From positions 1 through 23,763 of the forward strand of contig JAWBMD010000015.1 of assembly GCA_039000985.1 (NCBI GenBank): DNA of 23,763 nucleotides, read 5' to 3'. The translations under genes and the position numbers were made by a program. Below are positions 1 to 8,273 of this stretch, one piece after another. Below the pieces are notes generated by a model. It ran no database searches. It saw only the letters and a program-made list of their open reading frames with translations, and was not told the DNA's origin. Within the stretch, counting starts at the first letter, position 1; the number at the start of each line of letters is the position of its first letter. Source of the stretch: Candidatus Aenigmatarchaeota archaeon. GTDB taxonomy: Archaea > Aenigmatarchaeota > Aenigmatarchaeia > CG10238-14 > SpSt-28.

Positions 1-70
1 TTATTGCTGCTACTGCAACTGTAAATGCTATTAAAAGAACAGCAGCTATTAAAGGACTTACTGCTTTCAT
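1..70 (-). CDS. Archaeal type IV pilin/archaellin-like protein, N-terminal part only (runs off the window edge)
   Basis: Not in the ORF track. Reverse complement from ATG at 70 reads MKAVSPLIAAVLLIAFTVAVAAI, a class III signal peptide (K-A then VSP and a hydrophobic helix). Confidence 0.85.
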   Translation of the reverse strand, partial: MKAVSPLIAAVLLIAFTVAVAAI

Positions 71-100
71 AAATTAATTGTAAAAAATAATTATTTAAAT

Positions 101-934
101 ATGAAAAAAATTAGGCTTGGACCAGCTGGTATTCCTTTATCAACAAAAACAAAAAACACAATAGAGGGAATAAAAACAGTTAAAGAATTGGGATTAAATG
201 CTATGGAAATTGAATTTGTTAGAAACATTTATATCAAAAAAGAAGCTACAGAAGAAATAAAAAATATAGCTAATGAATTAGATGTTAAACTATCCATACA
301 TGCACCATATTTCATAAATCTTTTATCAGAAAATGAAAAAACTGTGAAAAGATCTAAAGAGCTGATAATTGAATGTCTTGAAATTGGAGAATTGATAAAT
401 GCAGAATTTGTTGTTATACATGCAGCTTATTATGGAAAATTAGAAAAAAATGTTGCATTTGAAAAAATGAAAGAAATAAGTTTTGAACTTATTGATAAAA
501 TGAAAGAAATTGGAATAAAAAATACTAAAATTGCTTATGAAACAATGGGAAAAGAATCTCAATTTGGAGATTTAGATGAAATGTTAAAATTAATAAAAGA
601 ATTGAAATCTGAAAATTTAACAGCTTGTTTTGATTTTGCACATATATTTGTAAGAAATAATGGAAAAATTGATTATAAAGAAATTTTAGATAAAATTGAA
701 AAAAATAAAATAGAAAAATTACACTCTCATTTTTCAGGAGTTAAATATAATTTAAAAACAAAAAAATTTGTAGATGTTCACTTACCAATAAATAAACATC
801 CTCCTTTTGAGCCATTAGCAAAAGAAATTTTAAAAAGAGAAATAGAAATAACAATAATATCCGAATCTCCTATATTGGAAAAAGATTCTTTAAAAATGAA
901 GAAAATTTTTGAAAAAATAGGATATAATTTTTGA
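101..934 (+). CDS. nfo: Endonuclease IV-family AP endonuclease (TIM barrel)
   Basis: Motifs GPAGIP, MEIEFVR, HAPYFINL, ETMGK, DFAH, HSHFSG and ISESP, typical of archaeal EndoIV homologues. Confidence 0.88.
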   Translation: MKKIRLGPAGIPLSTKTKNTIEGIKTVKELGLNAMEIEFVRNIYIKKEATEEIKNIANELDVKLSIHAPYFINLLSENEKTVKRSKELIIECLEIGELINAEFVVIHAAYYGKLEKNVAFEKMKEISFELIDKMKEIGIKNTKIAYETMGKESQFGDLDEMLKLIKELKSENLTACFDFAHIFVRNNGKIDYKEILDKIEKNKIEKLHSHFSGVKYNLKTKKFVDVHLPINKHPPFEPLAKEILKREIEITIISESPILEKDSLKMKKIFEKIGYNF

Positions 935-1114
935 TAAAATTTCAAACAATTCATTTCCAAAAATTAAATAAAGAACTATAAAAATTATAACCAAAAATAA
1001 CAAAAACCTTAAAAAATAATTTGGTTTTTTTCTATATGGTATTAATGATTTTTTGCAATTTCTACATACCTTAGCATCTTCCGGATTGTTTCTACCACAA
1101 TATGGACAATACAT
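890..1114 (-). CDS. Small zinc-ribbon membrane protein
   Basis: CPYCG...CRNC zinc ribbon followed by one hydrophobic TM helix. The 3' end overlaps the convergent nfo. Confidence 0.75.
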   Translation of the reverse strand: MYCPYCGRNNPEDAKVCRNCKKSLIPYRKKPNYFLRFLLFLVIIFIVLYLIFGNELFEILSKIISYFFKNFLHF

Positions 1115-1115
1115 G

Positions 1116-1730
1116 TTAAAACTTTTCCTCTAAACTAGTTTTACTTTCCTTTTTATAAATACTAACTAATTCATTCAACCTTTTTAAAACAAATGGATCT
1201 ATTTCCAACCTTTTTTCAAAACCATTTATATAAGTTAAATGATGAAATGGTATTCTTTCTTCTAAAACTATATTTTCCCTAGGATAACCAATTGGAATAA
1301 CATAAAAAACTCTAAAATTTTTAGGTATTCCTAAATATTCCTTTACTTTTTCTTCATCAAAAACCCTAACGAAATAACAACCCAAACCCAAATAGGTACA
1401 GCCTATTTTTATCATCATTGCAACATGAGAAGCTTCTTGTAAAGAATAAAGAGATTCTCCTATTTGGCCATACTTGTAATACAACCTTGATAAATCTATA
1501 ACAACAACTATAACAAGAGGTGCATATTTAATAAAGTTTTGATGTAAGCATGCTTCAGCCAACTTTTCCTTTAAATTATTATCATAAACAAGAATAAAAT
1601 TCCATGGTTGAATATTTCCTATTGACGGAGCAAAATTTGCAAAATGTAAAATCAAATATATTTTTTCATCCTCTACTGGCTTATCTTGAAATTCCTTTAC
1701 CGAGCCTATTTTTTCCAATATATCTATCAT
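1116..1730 (-). CDS. Nitroreductase family protein
   Basis: APSIGNIQPWNFILV, APLVIVV, LGLGCYF and IPIGYP match the nitroreductase fold pattern. Confidence 0.88.
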   Translation of the reverse strand: MIDILEKIGSVKEFQDKPVEDEKIYLILHFANFAPSIGNIQPWNFILVYDNNLKEKLAEACLHQNFIKYAPLVIVVVIDLSRLYYKYGQIGESLYSLQEASHVAMMIKIGCTYLGLGCYFVRVFDEEKVKEYLGIPKNFRVFYVIPIGYPRENIVLEERIPFHHLTYINGFEKRLEIDPFVLKRLNELVSIYKKESKTSLEEKF

Positions 1731-2632
1731 AAAATTTTCTCTATTTCCCTAATTAATTCTTCTAAGGAAACAAATTTATTAACAGTAACACCTGCTGCTC
1801 TTGAATGCCCCCCACCACCAAAATTTTTGGCCAAAGAAAAAACATTAATGGATTCGCTTCTCATTTCTATTTTTGTTGAAACAATACCTTTACGTATATT
1901 TACTCTTCTAATAATTCCAATAAATAAATCAGCTTCGTTCTTAACTCTATTATAAATTTCGTAAATTGGCATTTGAAAAGTTGTCTCAACAAAAAGAACA
2001 TTTCTACCTTTAATATTAAAAATTTTCTTTGTACCTAAAACTTTTTCTATATTACTATCTATAAACTTTCTATAATTTTCTACTAGCTTAACATATTCCT
2101 CTCTTTCCATTAAATCTTTAATGGTATAAAATGCCAAAAGTTTTGAAAGAAAATGCAATCTTTTTGAAGAGTTTGTAGAATATTTAATTTTTATAGAACT
2201 TACCAAATCTCTTAAAAATTTTGCTTCTTCGCTTTTAATATCATTTGTATCTATTTCATCTATAAAATCAAGTATTTCTGATTTTATTTCAAAATAATCT
2301 GCAACAGCTCTAGATGCACTTTTGTAATTAATATTTCCAAATATTGTTACGTTACTTGGTATTTCTATATTTAATTTATTTTCATGATGATCTATCCATA
2401 TTACCTCCCTAAAAATAGAAGAAAGTCTAACATTTAAATCAGTTGGTGCTATATCAAAAATAAATAATTTATCTAACTCATCTTGTGTAGCAATTATTTT
2501 ACAAAGAGTAGATTTTAACATACTAGCAGAAGAAAAATAACATAACGTATTTAAAAATGAGAATTTTTTGAAGTATAACGATGTGGAAACTACTCCATCT
2601 GAATCTGAATGAGCAACTACTATATTCATCAA
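1727..2632 (-). CDS. DHH/DHHA1 family phosphoesterase (NrnA/RecJ-like)
   Basis: HSDSDG motif I, FDI motif II, WIDHH, and C-terminal GGGGHSRAAG. Confidence 0.88.
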   Translation of the reverse strand: MMNIVVAHSDSDGVVSTSLYFKKFSFLNTLCYFSSASMLKSTLCKIIATQDELDKLFIFDIAPTDLNVRLSSIFREVIWIDHHENKLNIEIPSNVTIFGNINYKSASRAVADYFEIKSEILDFIDEIDTNDIKSEEAKFLRDLVSSIKIKYSTNSSKRLHFLSKLLAFYTIKDLMEREEYVKLVENYRKFIDSNIEKVLGTKKIFNIKGRNVLFVETTFQMPIYEIYNRVKNEADLFIGIIRRVNIRKGIVSTKIEMRSESINVFSLAKNFGGGGHSRAAGVTVNKFVSLEELIREIEKIL

Positions 2633-2919
2633 ATCTTTTTTATGGTTGAATTCCTTGATAAATTAATCTGAATCTTGTTCTTGAATTGAGTAATATAGCA
2701 ATTATCTATTTCAACTTCATCACCAACACTCACATCATTTATTCTTTCCTCCCAAAGAACTAAATTTGCTGAGCTTGTTTCATCCTCTATAACAAACTCA
2801 CAAACTTTTCTTCTACCAAATTTTGTAAAAACAATTCTTTCCTCCAATTTCTCTGTAATTTTTCCTTTTACAGTAACATTTCTATCTCCACTTTTTAAAG
2901 ATGCTATATCTACCACCAT
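2629..2919 (-). CDS. ssb: Single OB-fold single-stranded DNA-binding protein (archaeal SSB/RPA-like)
   Basis: NVTVKGKI...TKFGRRKV...IEDETSSANLVLWEE...VGDEVEIDNCYITQFKNKIQINL follows the archaeal single-OB SSB pattern. Confidence 0.82.
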   Translation of the reverse strand: MVVDIASLKSGDRNVTVKGKITEKLEERIVFTKFGRRKVCEFVIEDETSSANLVLWEERINDVSVGDEVEIDNCYITQFKNKIQINLSRNSTIKKI

Positions 2920-2940
2920 TAAAATTAGTAGTATATAAAT

Positions 2941-3345
2941 TTATTCTATCCAGCAAAAATCAAATTCTTTACATGAAGTAGAAAAAGAAATATCACTACA
3001 AAAAGCTGAGACGAAAACACTTTTATTATTCAATCTATCAAAATTTATTGACTTTGCTTCCAATATGTTTAATTTTTCAAAACTCCCTACTTTTATACTA
3101 TCAACAAAAACACTTATATTAAAAAGTTCAACATTTCCTTTATTTAAAATAACTATAGTATCCTTGGTTACTGAAGTTATTGCTATTTTTGCTGAAGAAA
3201 AACATTTTGCCCTTTCTGCTTTTTTAATATCCTCTTCACTTTTGCTTTCTAAAAAGCCTGTTAAAGAAATAAATATTATTGTAAAAACAGCAAAAACTGT
3301 TGCTATTAAAAGTATCTCGGCAACAAATGGATCTATCCCCTTCAT
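2941..3345 (-). CDS. Archaeal type IV pilin-like protein
   Basis: MKG|IDPFVAEILLIA class III signal plus hydrophobic helix; NKGNVEL segment; several Cys; N-glycosylation sequons NIS and NKS. Confidence 0.8.
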   Translation of the reverse strand: MKGIDPFVAEILLIATVFAVFTIIFISLTGFLESKSEEDIKKAERAKCFSSAKIAITSVTKDTIVILNKGNVELFNISVFVDSIKVGSFEKLNILEAKSINFDRLNNKSVFVSAFCSDISFSTSCKEFDFCWIE

Positions 3346-4196
3346 AAAATTTTGGAAACAAAATAAGCTATAATACCTATTACTGTGAAAACTATAGAGT
3401 GCTTTACTCCAGAAACAAAGCTTCCCTCTGCCATTTTCCCTATTATTAATCCCGAAAGAACTCCTTGAATTAAAACCAAATCCCTAAAGAGAACATCGAA
3501 AGCTTTTATATCTTCTGGAGAAATTGCTTGAACTTGTGCTCCAGCTATACTTGAAGTTGTATTTAAACTTATTTTTGTTAATTGTGGAAAAAGGAGTTTA
3601 TCCATTCCTATTATTATACCCAAGAATATAAAAAATATTAGATAACCAGTTATTTGCTGGCTAGATACATAAGTCTTTCTTTCTTCTTTCATTCTTTCTA
3701 TTTCAAGCACAACTTGTGATAAAGCCTCCATTGTATCTATTATATTTCCACCAAAATTATGGCTTTCTATTAAAGAAAGAACTATTCTTGATATAAGCTT
3801 AGAACCAACTTCTTCTGAAAATAAAATCATTGCTTTTTCAAAAGGCATTCCCATCTCTGTTCTTTTCACTAGCTTTCTAAAATATGGATTTAAAGATTTA
3901 TAATCATTTGACTTTAAATGCTGTAACGATTGATAAATATTCATACCGCCTCTAACACTTTCTACCAAATCTTTTAAAAGATCAATAAAAACATATTCCA
4001 TTTCAACAAGCTTAGCTCTTCTTAAATAAAAAAAGAGGAAAGGGGGGAGGAAAATTATAGAAAATGCAGAAATATGAATCAAAAAACTTATTAGTGGTAT
4101 TGAAAAGAAAATTAGCATATTGAAAACTTCCAAAATTAAACCAATCAAAACAGAAATTAATACCAAAAGTATTAAAAGCTTTTCTTCTTTTTTCAT
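3342..4196 (-). CDS. Type II secretion system F / TadC-like pilus platform membrane protein
   Basis: DLLKDLVESVRGGM...DYKSLNP...GMPFEKAM...GGNIIDTME and the C-terminal IQGVLSGLIIGKMAEGSFVSGVKH. Adjacent to a pilin gene. Confidence 0.88.
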   Translation of the reverse strand: MKKEEKLLILLVLISVLIGLILEVFNMLIFFSIPLISFLIHISAFSIIFLPPFLFFYLRRAKLVEMEYVFIDLLKDLVESVRGGMNIYQSLQHLKSNDYKSLNPYFRKLVKRTEMGMPFEKAMILFSEEVGSKLISRIVLSLIESHNFGGNIIDTMEALSQVVLEIERMKEERKTYVSSQQITGYLIFFIFLGIIIGMDKLLFPQLTKISLNTTSSIAGAQVQAISPEDIKAFDVLFRDLVLIQGVLSGLIIGKMAEGSFVSGVKHSIVFTVIGIIAYFVSKIL

Positions 4197-4207
4197 AAAT
4201 AGAAATT

Positions 4208-4218
4208 AAAAAAAGAAA
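4208..4218 (-). terminator. Putative oligo-T intrinsic terminator
   Basis: Minus strand reads TTTCTTTTTTT immediately after the TAA of the 47-aa ORF. Confidence 0.45.
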
Positions 4219-4362
4219 TTAAGTTAGTAAAAGTCTTTCTAGAAATCTTATTCTTTTCTCTATTCTTTTAACCTCCTTAACAGTTCTTGCTGAAAATAAT
4301 CTTTTCTTCTCATTTTCAAGTTCTTCCATCAACATTTTTCTTCTTATTTCCTCATCTACCAT
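4219..4362 (-). CDS. Small highly charged helical hypothetical protein (47 aa)
   Basis: Below the ORF-track cutoff. MVDEEIRRKMLMEELENEKKRLFSARTVKEVKRIEKRIRFLERLLLT* fills an otherwise large gap, with a TATA-like element upstream and a T-tract downstream. Confidence 0.7.
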   Translation of the reverse strand: MVDEEIRRKMLMEELENEKKRLFSARTVKEVKRIEKRIRFLERLLLT

Positions 4363-4364
4363 AA

Positions 4365-4410
4365 TTACTATACAGTAGTTAATAATTTAAATGAAACTAC
4401 CAAATGGTAA
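4365..4410. promoter_or_regulatory. TATA-like box (TTTAAAT, 4386-4392) flanked by two TAC-N6-GTA palindromic sites in inverted orientation
   Basis: TTACTATACAGTAGTT (4365-4380) and AACTACCAAATGGTAA (4395-4410). The reverse complement of the first matches the second at 12/16 positions. Confidence 0.5.
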
Positions 4411-4451
4411 ATAAATTTTAAGATAATTAACAAAAATATAAACAATATTTT

Positions 4452-5840
4452 ATGGAAAAGATAATAGAAAAAGTTCTAAAAAAAATATTGCCTACAAAAA
4501 AAGAAACAAAAAAAATGAAATCGCTAACAGAAAACTGCTTAAAATATATACAAGAGATTTGTAAAGAGTATGAATATAAAATAGAACCAATGCTTGTTGG
4601 AAGTGTTACTCGTAATACATGGCTTAGAGATAAATGGGAGTTCGATATATTTCTTCTCTTTGACAAAAACTTGGAAAAAAATGTATTGGAAAGTGTTGGT
4701 ATAGAAATAGGAAAAAGGTTTTGTGAAAAATTTAATGGAAAAGCTTCTTTGGAATATGCGGAACATCCATATGTAAAATGCGTTAAAAATAACTTAAGCA
4801 TTGATATAGTTCCGTGTTTTAAAGTAGATTCTCCAAAAGAATTAAAATCCTCTGTTGATAGAACTCCTTTCCATGTAGAGTATTTATCAAAAAAAATAAA
4901 TGAAAAAAACTCAAATGAAGTAAGGCTTCTTAAAAAGTTTTTAATAAATAATTTCCTATATGGTTCTGATGTTAAAACTAGTGGATTCTCTGGCTTCCTT
5001 TGTGAACTTTTGATTATAAAATATGGAAGCTTTATAGAGCTTTTGAAAAATGCTTCGAAGTGGGAATATGGCACTGTAATAGATTTAGAAAACTATTATG
5101 AAAATGAAAATGAAGTAAGAAAAAAATTTAAAAGTAGTGCTTTAATAGTTATAGATCCTATAGATAAAGAAAGAAACTGTGCTGCTGCATTATCTGTAGA
5201 GAATTTCTTCTATTTTAAAAAATTAGCAAAAGAATTTTTAAACAAACCTTCTGAGAAATTTTTCTTTGGAGGCAAAATATTTAAAGAAAAAATAAGAAAT
5301 CTTATAAAGAAAAGAAAAACAAAAATGCTTTTAATAAAATTTAAAAAGCCAAATATTAGTGAAGAAATTATTTATTCTCAGCTAAAAAGCTTTGCAGATA
5401 GAATAAAAAGCATTTTAGAAGAAAAGAAATACGAATTCCAAGTAATTGGAACGAGTGTTTCTACAGATGGAAGAAATTGCTATGTTTTTTTAGAGATTTC
5501 TATACATGAATTACCATCAATACAAAAAAGGATTGGACCACCAGTTTATGATATAAAGAACTATAAAAACTTTTTAGAAAAATATAAAAATGCTTTTAAA
5601 GTTTATATAGAAAATAATAGATGGGTAGCTATTGTTAAAAGAGATTTCGAAAATGTAAAAGAAAAATTAATAGATTCGCTAAAAGAAAAAAAAGAAATAT
5701 TGATTGCAAAAGGTATACCTAGCTATATTGCTGAATCGATTTCAAAAAAATTTGAAATTATAGAGGATTTAAAAATAGAAAAATATGTGAAAAAACTAAA
5801 CAGAATGTTTTTTGAATATTTTGAAAAAGATTTGAAATGA
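4452..5840 (+). CDS. cca: CCA-adding tRNA nucleotidyltransferase (archaeal class I)
   Basis: LVGSVTRNTWL..EFDIF, YAEHPYV, DIVPC, SVDRTPFH, GFSGFLCELL, DPID..RN.AAALS. Confidence 0.96.
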   Translation: MEKIIEKVLKKILPTKKETKKMKSLTENCLKYIQEICKEYEYKIEPMLVGSVTRNTWLRDKWEFDIFLLFDKNLEKNVLESVGIEIGKRFCEKFNGKASLEYAEHPYVKCVKNNLSIDIVPCFKVDSPKELKSSVDRTPFHVEYLSKKINEKNSNEVRLLKKFLINNFLYGSDVKTSGFSGFLCELLIIKYGSFIELLKNASKWEYGTVIDLENYYENENEVRKKFKSSALIVIDPIDKERNCAAALSVENFFYFKKLAKEFLNKPSEKFFFGGKIFKEKIRNLIKKRKTKMLLIKFKKPNISEEIIYSQLKSFADRIKSILEEKKYEFQVIGTSVSTDGRNCYVFLEISIHELPSIQKRIGPPVYDIKNYKNFLEKYKNAFKVYIENNRWVAIVKRDFENVKEKLIDSLKEKKEILIAKGIPSYIAESISKKFEIIEDLKIEKYVKKLNRMFFEYFEKDLK

Positions 5841-6769
5841 TTAGAATAACATTTCTAGGAACTGTTTCTGGTATACCGTCAACAAACAGAAATCAACCAG
5901 CTATTTGCATAGAGTACTTTGGTAAAAATCATTATTGCTATTTATTTGATTGTGGAGAAAATACTCAAGTACAATTCATGAAAAGCGAAATAAGCTTTAT
6001 GAAAATAGATTGCATATTTATAACTCATTTGCATGCTGATCATTTTGCTGGATTAATACCCTTAATACAAACAATGAACTTAGAAAAAAGAGAAGAACCA
6101 TTAAAAATTTTTTCTCCTGATGTGGAAAGACTTGCCAATGCAATTAATATACTTTCTTATTACAAACCAAAATTTAAAATAGAATTCATAAATGTTAATT
6201 ATAAAAAACAAGAATTAACAAAAATAATTGAAAATGAAGATGTAGAAATATTCTCAATACCAGTTGTACATTCAATACCAGCTGTAGCATATTGTTTTAA
6301 AGAAAAAGATAAATACAACATAGATGTTAATAAGCTTAAAAAACTTGGATTAAAAAGAGGGAAATGGCTTGAGGAAATTAAAAAGCATGGAAAATATTAC
6401 ATTAATGAAAAAGAAATAAAAATTGAAGATATAGCAAATTTGAAAATAGGGAAAAAAATAGTTTATAGTGGAGATACAAGACCTTGCGAGCAAATAGTTA
6501 AAATAGCTGAAAATGCTGATATTTTAATACATGATGGTACATTTTTTGAAGAAGAAGATGCAAATGGTTTATATCACACAGATTTTAAACAAGCAATAGA
6601 AATAGCAAAAAAAGCAAATGTAAAAATGCTTGTATTTACACATGTTAGCAGAAGATATAGAAATTTAGAAGAGCTTGAAAAAGAAGCTAAAAATGAGTTT
6701 AAAAATTGCATAGTAGCTAAAGATTTAATGAAAATAATTTTGAAGAAAAAAGAAATAAAAATTATTTAA
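5837..6769 (+). CDS. rnz: Ribonuclease Z (tRNA 3' endonuclease)
   Basis: FLGT..GIPS..RN, DCGENTQ, THLHADH, exosite arm, SGDTRP, HDGTF, THVSRRY. ATGA overlap with cca. Confidence 0.95.
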   Translation: MIRITFLGTVSGIPSTNRNQPAICIEYFGKNHYCYLFDCGENTQVQFMKSEISFMKIDCIFITHLHADHFAGLIPLIQTMNLEKREEPLKIFSPDVERLANAINILSYYKPKFKIEFINVNYKKQELTKIIENEDVEIFSIPVVHSIPAVAYCFKEKDKYNIDVNKLKKLGLKRGKWLEEIKKHGKYYINEKEIKIEDIANLKIGKKIVYSGDTRPCEQIVKIAENADILIHDGTFFEEEDANGLYHTDFKQAIEIAKKANVKMLVFTHVSRRYRNLEELEKEAKNEFKNCIVAKDLMKIILKKKEIKII

Positions 6770-6786
6770 ATAATATTTAATTAAGA

Positions 6787-7008
6787 ATGGAAAATTGGGA
6801 AAAATACTTAATAATTGATAAAAATAATAGATGTGAAAGATGTAAGAGAAAGCCAATAGAGGTTATAGTTGGAAATAATAAGTTATGCAAGACATGTTTT
6901 TCATTTTTACTCTCTTCAAATTATAATTTTCTTCTTTCTTCTAAAAAACCTTTACATTCTTCTTCTATTATAAAACACTGGTTTATAAATCCTCTCTTTA
7001 AATTTTAA
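6787..7008 (+). CDS. Small putative zinc-finger protein
   Basis: CERC-x14-CKTC; co-oriented downstream of rnz. The C-terminal half is uninformative. Confidence 0.5.
   Translation: MENWEKYLIIDKNNRCERCKRKPIEVIVGNNKLCKTCFSFLLSSNYNFLLSSKKPLHSSSIIKHWFINPLFKF
6982..6989 (+). promoter_or_regulatory. Putative TATA box for tRNA-Thr
   Basis: TTTATAAA lies 25-32 nt upstream of the mature tRNA 5' end. Confidence 0.5.
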
Positions 7009-7013
7009 TTCAA

Positions 7014-7086
7014 GCCCCCGTAGCTCAATAGGTAGAGCATCTGCCTTGTAAGCAGAGGGTTGTGGGTTCAAATCCCACCGGGGGCT
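7014..7086 (+). tRNA. tRNA-Thr (anticodon UGU), intronless, CCA not encoded
   Basis: Cloverleaf: acceptor GCCCCCG/CGGGGGC, D arm GCTC/GAGC, anticodon arm TCTGC/GCAGA with loop CT-TGT-AA (anticodon 7047-7049), T arm GTGGG-TTCAAAT-CCCAC, discriminator T7086. Confidence 0.97.
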
Positions 7087-8244
7087 TTAAGGTTGAAACC
7101 ACCTTATCTCATAGTATTTATATTTGCTTTCCGGCAAGTCTATTTGCTTTGCTAAATAATAAGTAACATCACTTTCTCTACCATTTATAGCTAAAAGCAA
7201 ATCCAAACCACAGGATTCTGCAATAGCTAATGCACTTCCCAGTTCTGCTCCTCCAATATATTCATCTTCACCCAAACACCAAACAACATAACTTGGTTTA
7301 TTATTTGGAGTTAAGACTCTATTTTTCTCATCCCTATGAAAAGCTAAAAAATCTAAATCTATATCAACATAATCACTTTCTTTCATTCCCGGTACCCCAA
7401 TTATAAATGTTTTCCTAACACTATGTGCAACTCTAATAGCTCTTGACCATTCTGAAATTAACATTCTTTCAAATTTTGGGAAAACATGTAAAACATGCTT
7501 AGAATGTATCCATTCTTTTGATGACTTTGTTGGAGATATTCCTGGAAAATAAATTCTAAAATGTGAACCAAACTTATATCCTGTTTTAACAATAAACCCT
7601 CTTAATCTCCAATCTTCGAAAACTTCATAAATTGCTTCAAATACATCTTTACTTTTTGTATAATTAAGAATTTCTTCCTCGCTCATTTCACTTTCATCTT
7701 CAATATTAATAACTTGAGCTGAAAGAATCCTTTTACAAAAAATTGTTTCAAAAATATCTAGCTTAAAAGTTTTTCCTCTAGTATATTGCTTATAAATTCC
7801 ATATTGACCTATCCAATAATTTTCAAAAATTTCAAAAAATTTCTCTGGCTCATCTACTAAAGATATTAAATCTGTTGGTAGAAAATAAATTTTTAAATTT
7901 TTAAATTTTGGAAACTTCAATGATTTGCTTGGATAAGAAACTTTACTTGTAACCCCAAAGTTTTCATATTTAAATTTTTGCAAAAATAAACCCCTATCTC
8001 TCCAATCTCTGTAAGTATTGTATATAGTAAAAATCTTTTTGTTTTTAAATTTTTTTATCACATCTAAAATAGATAACTCTTTTCCATTTTCAAATGCCTT
8101 AAATTTTCTCATTTCCATTAAGTATAAACATTCCTCAACACTTAAAAACAATTTATTATTCTTTACAGTACCAAAAAATCTTTCCTTTAGTTCTGAAAAA
8201 TTGCTCTCAATAAATATTTTCCCATCTTTTATTATAATTTCCAT
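7087..8244 (-). CDS. endA: tRNA-intron endonuclease, three-unit (epsilon2-like) architecture
   Basis: Duplicated DWRxRG motif (aa 80 and 211), KTGYKFGSHFRIY, catalytic Y232/H247/K278, RVAHSVRK, and C-terminal YYEIRWFQP. Confidence 0.92.
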   Translation of the reverse strand: MEIIIKDGKIFIESNFSELKERFFGTVKNNKLFLSVEECLYLMEMRKFKAFENGKELSILDVIKKFKNKKIFTIYNTYRDWRDRGLFLQKFKYENFGVTSKVSYPSKSLKFPKFKNLKIYFLPTDLISLVDEPEKFFEIFENYWIGQYGIYKQYTRGKTFKLDIFETIFCKRILSAQVINIEDESEMSEEEILNYTKSKDVFEAIYEVFEDWRLRGFIVKTGYKFGSHFRIYFPGISPTKSSKEWIHSKHVLHVFPKFERMLISEWSRAIRVAHSVRKTFIIGVPGMKESDYVDIDLDFLAFHRDEKNRVLTPNNKPSYVVWCLGEDEYIGGAELGSALAIAESCGLDLLLAINGRESDVTYYLAKQIDLPESKYKYYEIRWFQP

Positions 8245-8273
8245 ATTAATTATAAAATAAAAACAATATTATT

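Noticed and set aside
4427..5074. 215-aa minus-strand ORF and similar antisense ORFs (e.g. 778-960, 1686-1955, 3065-3373, 8752-9093, 11126-11548, 16448-16891, 17650-17961, 23312-23512)
   Set aside because: These are Phe/Ser/Ile/Leu-rich shadow frames lying opposite well-supported genes, with no recognisable motifs.
7014..7086. tRNA as an integration site or intron-containing gene
   Set aside because: The cloverleaf is complete without an intron, and no integrase or duplicated 3' end was seen in the window.
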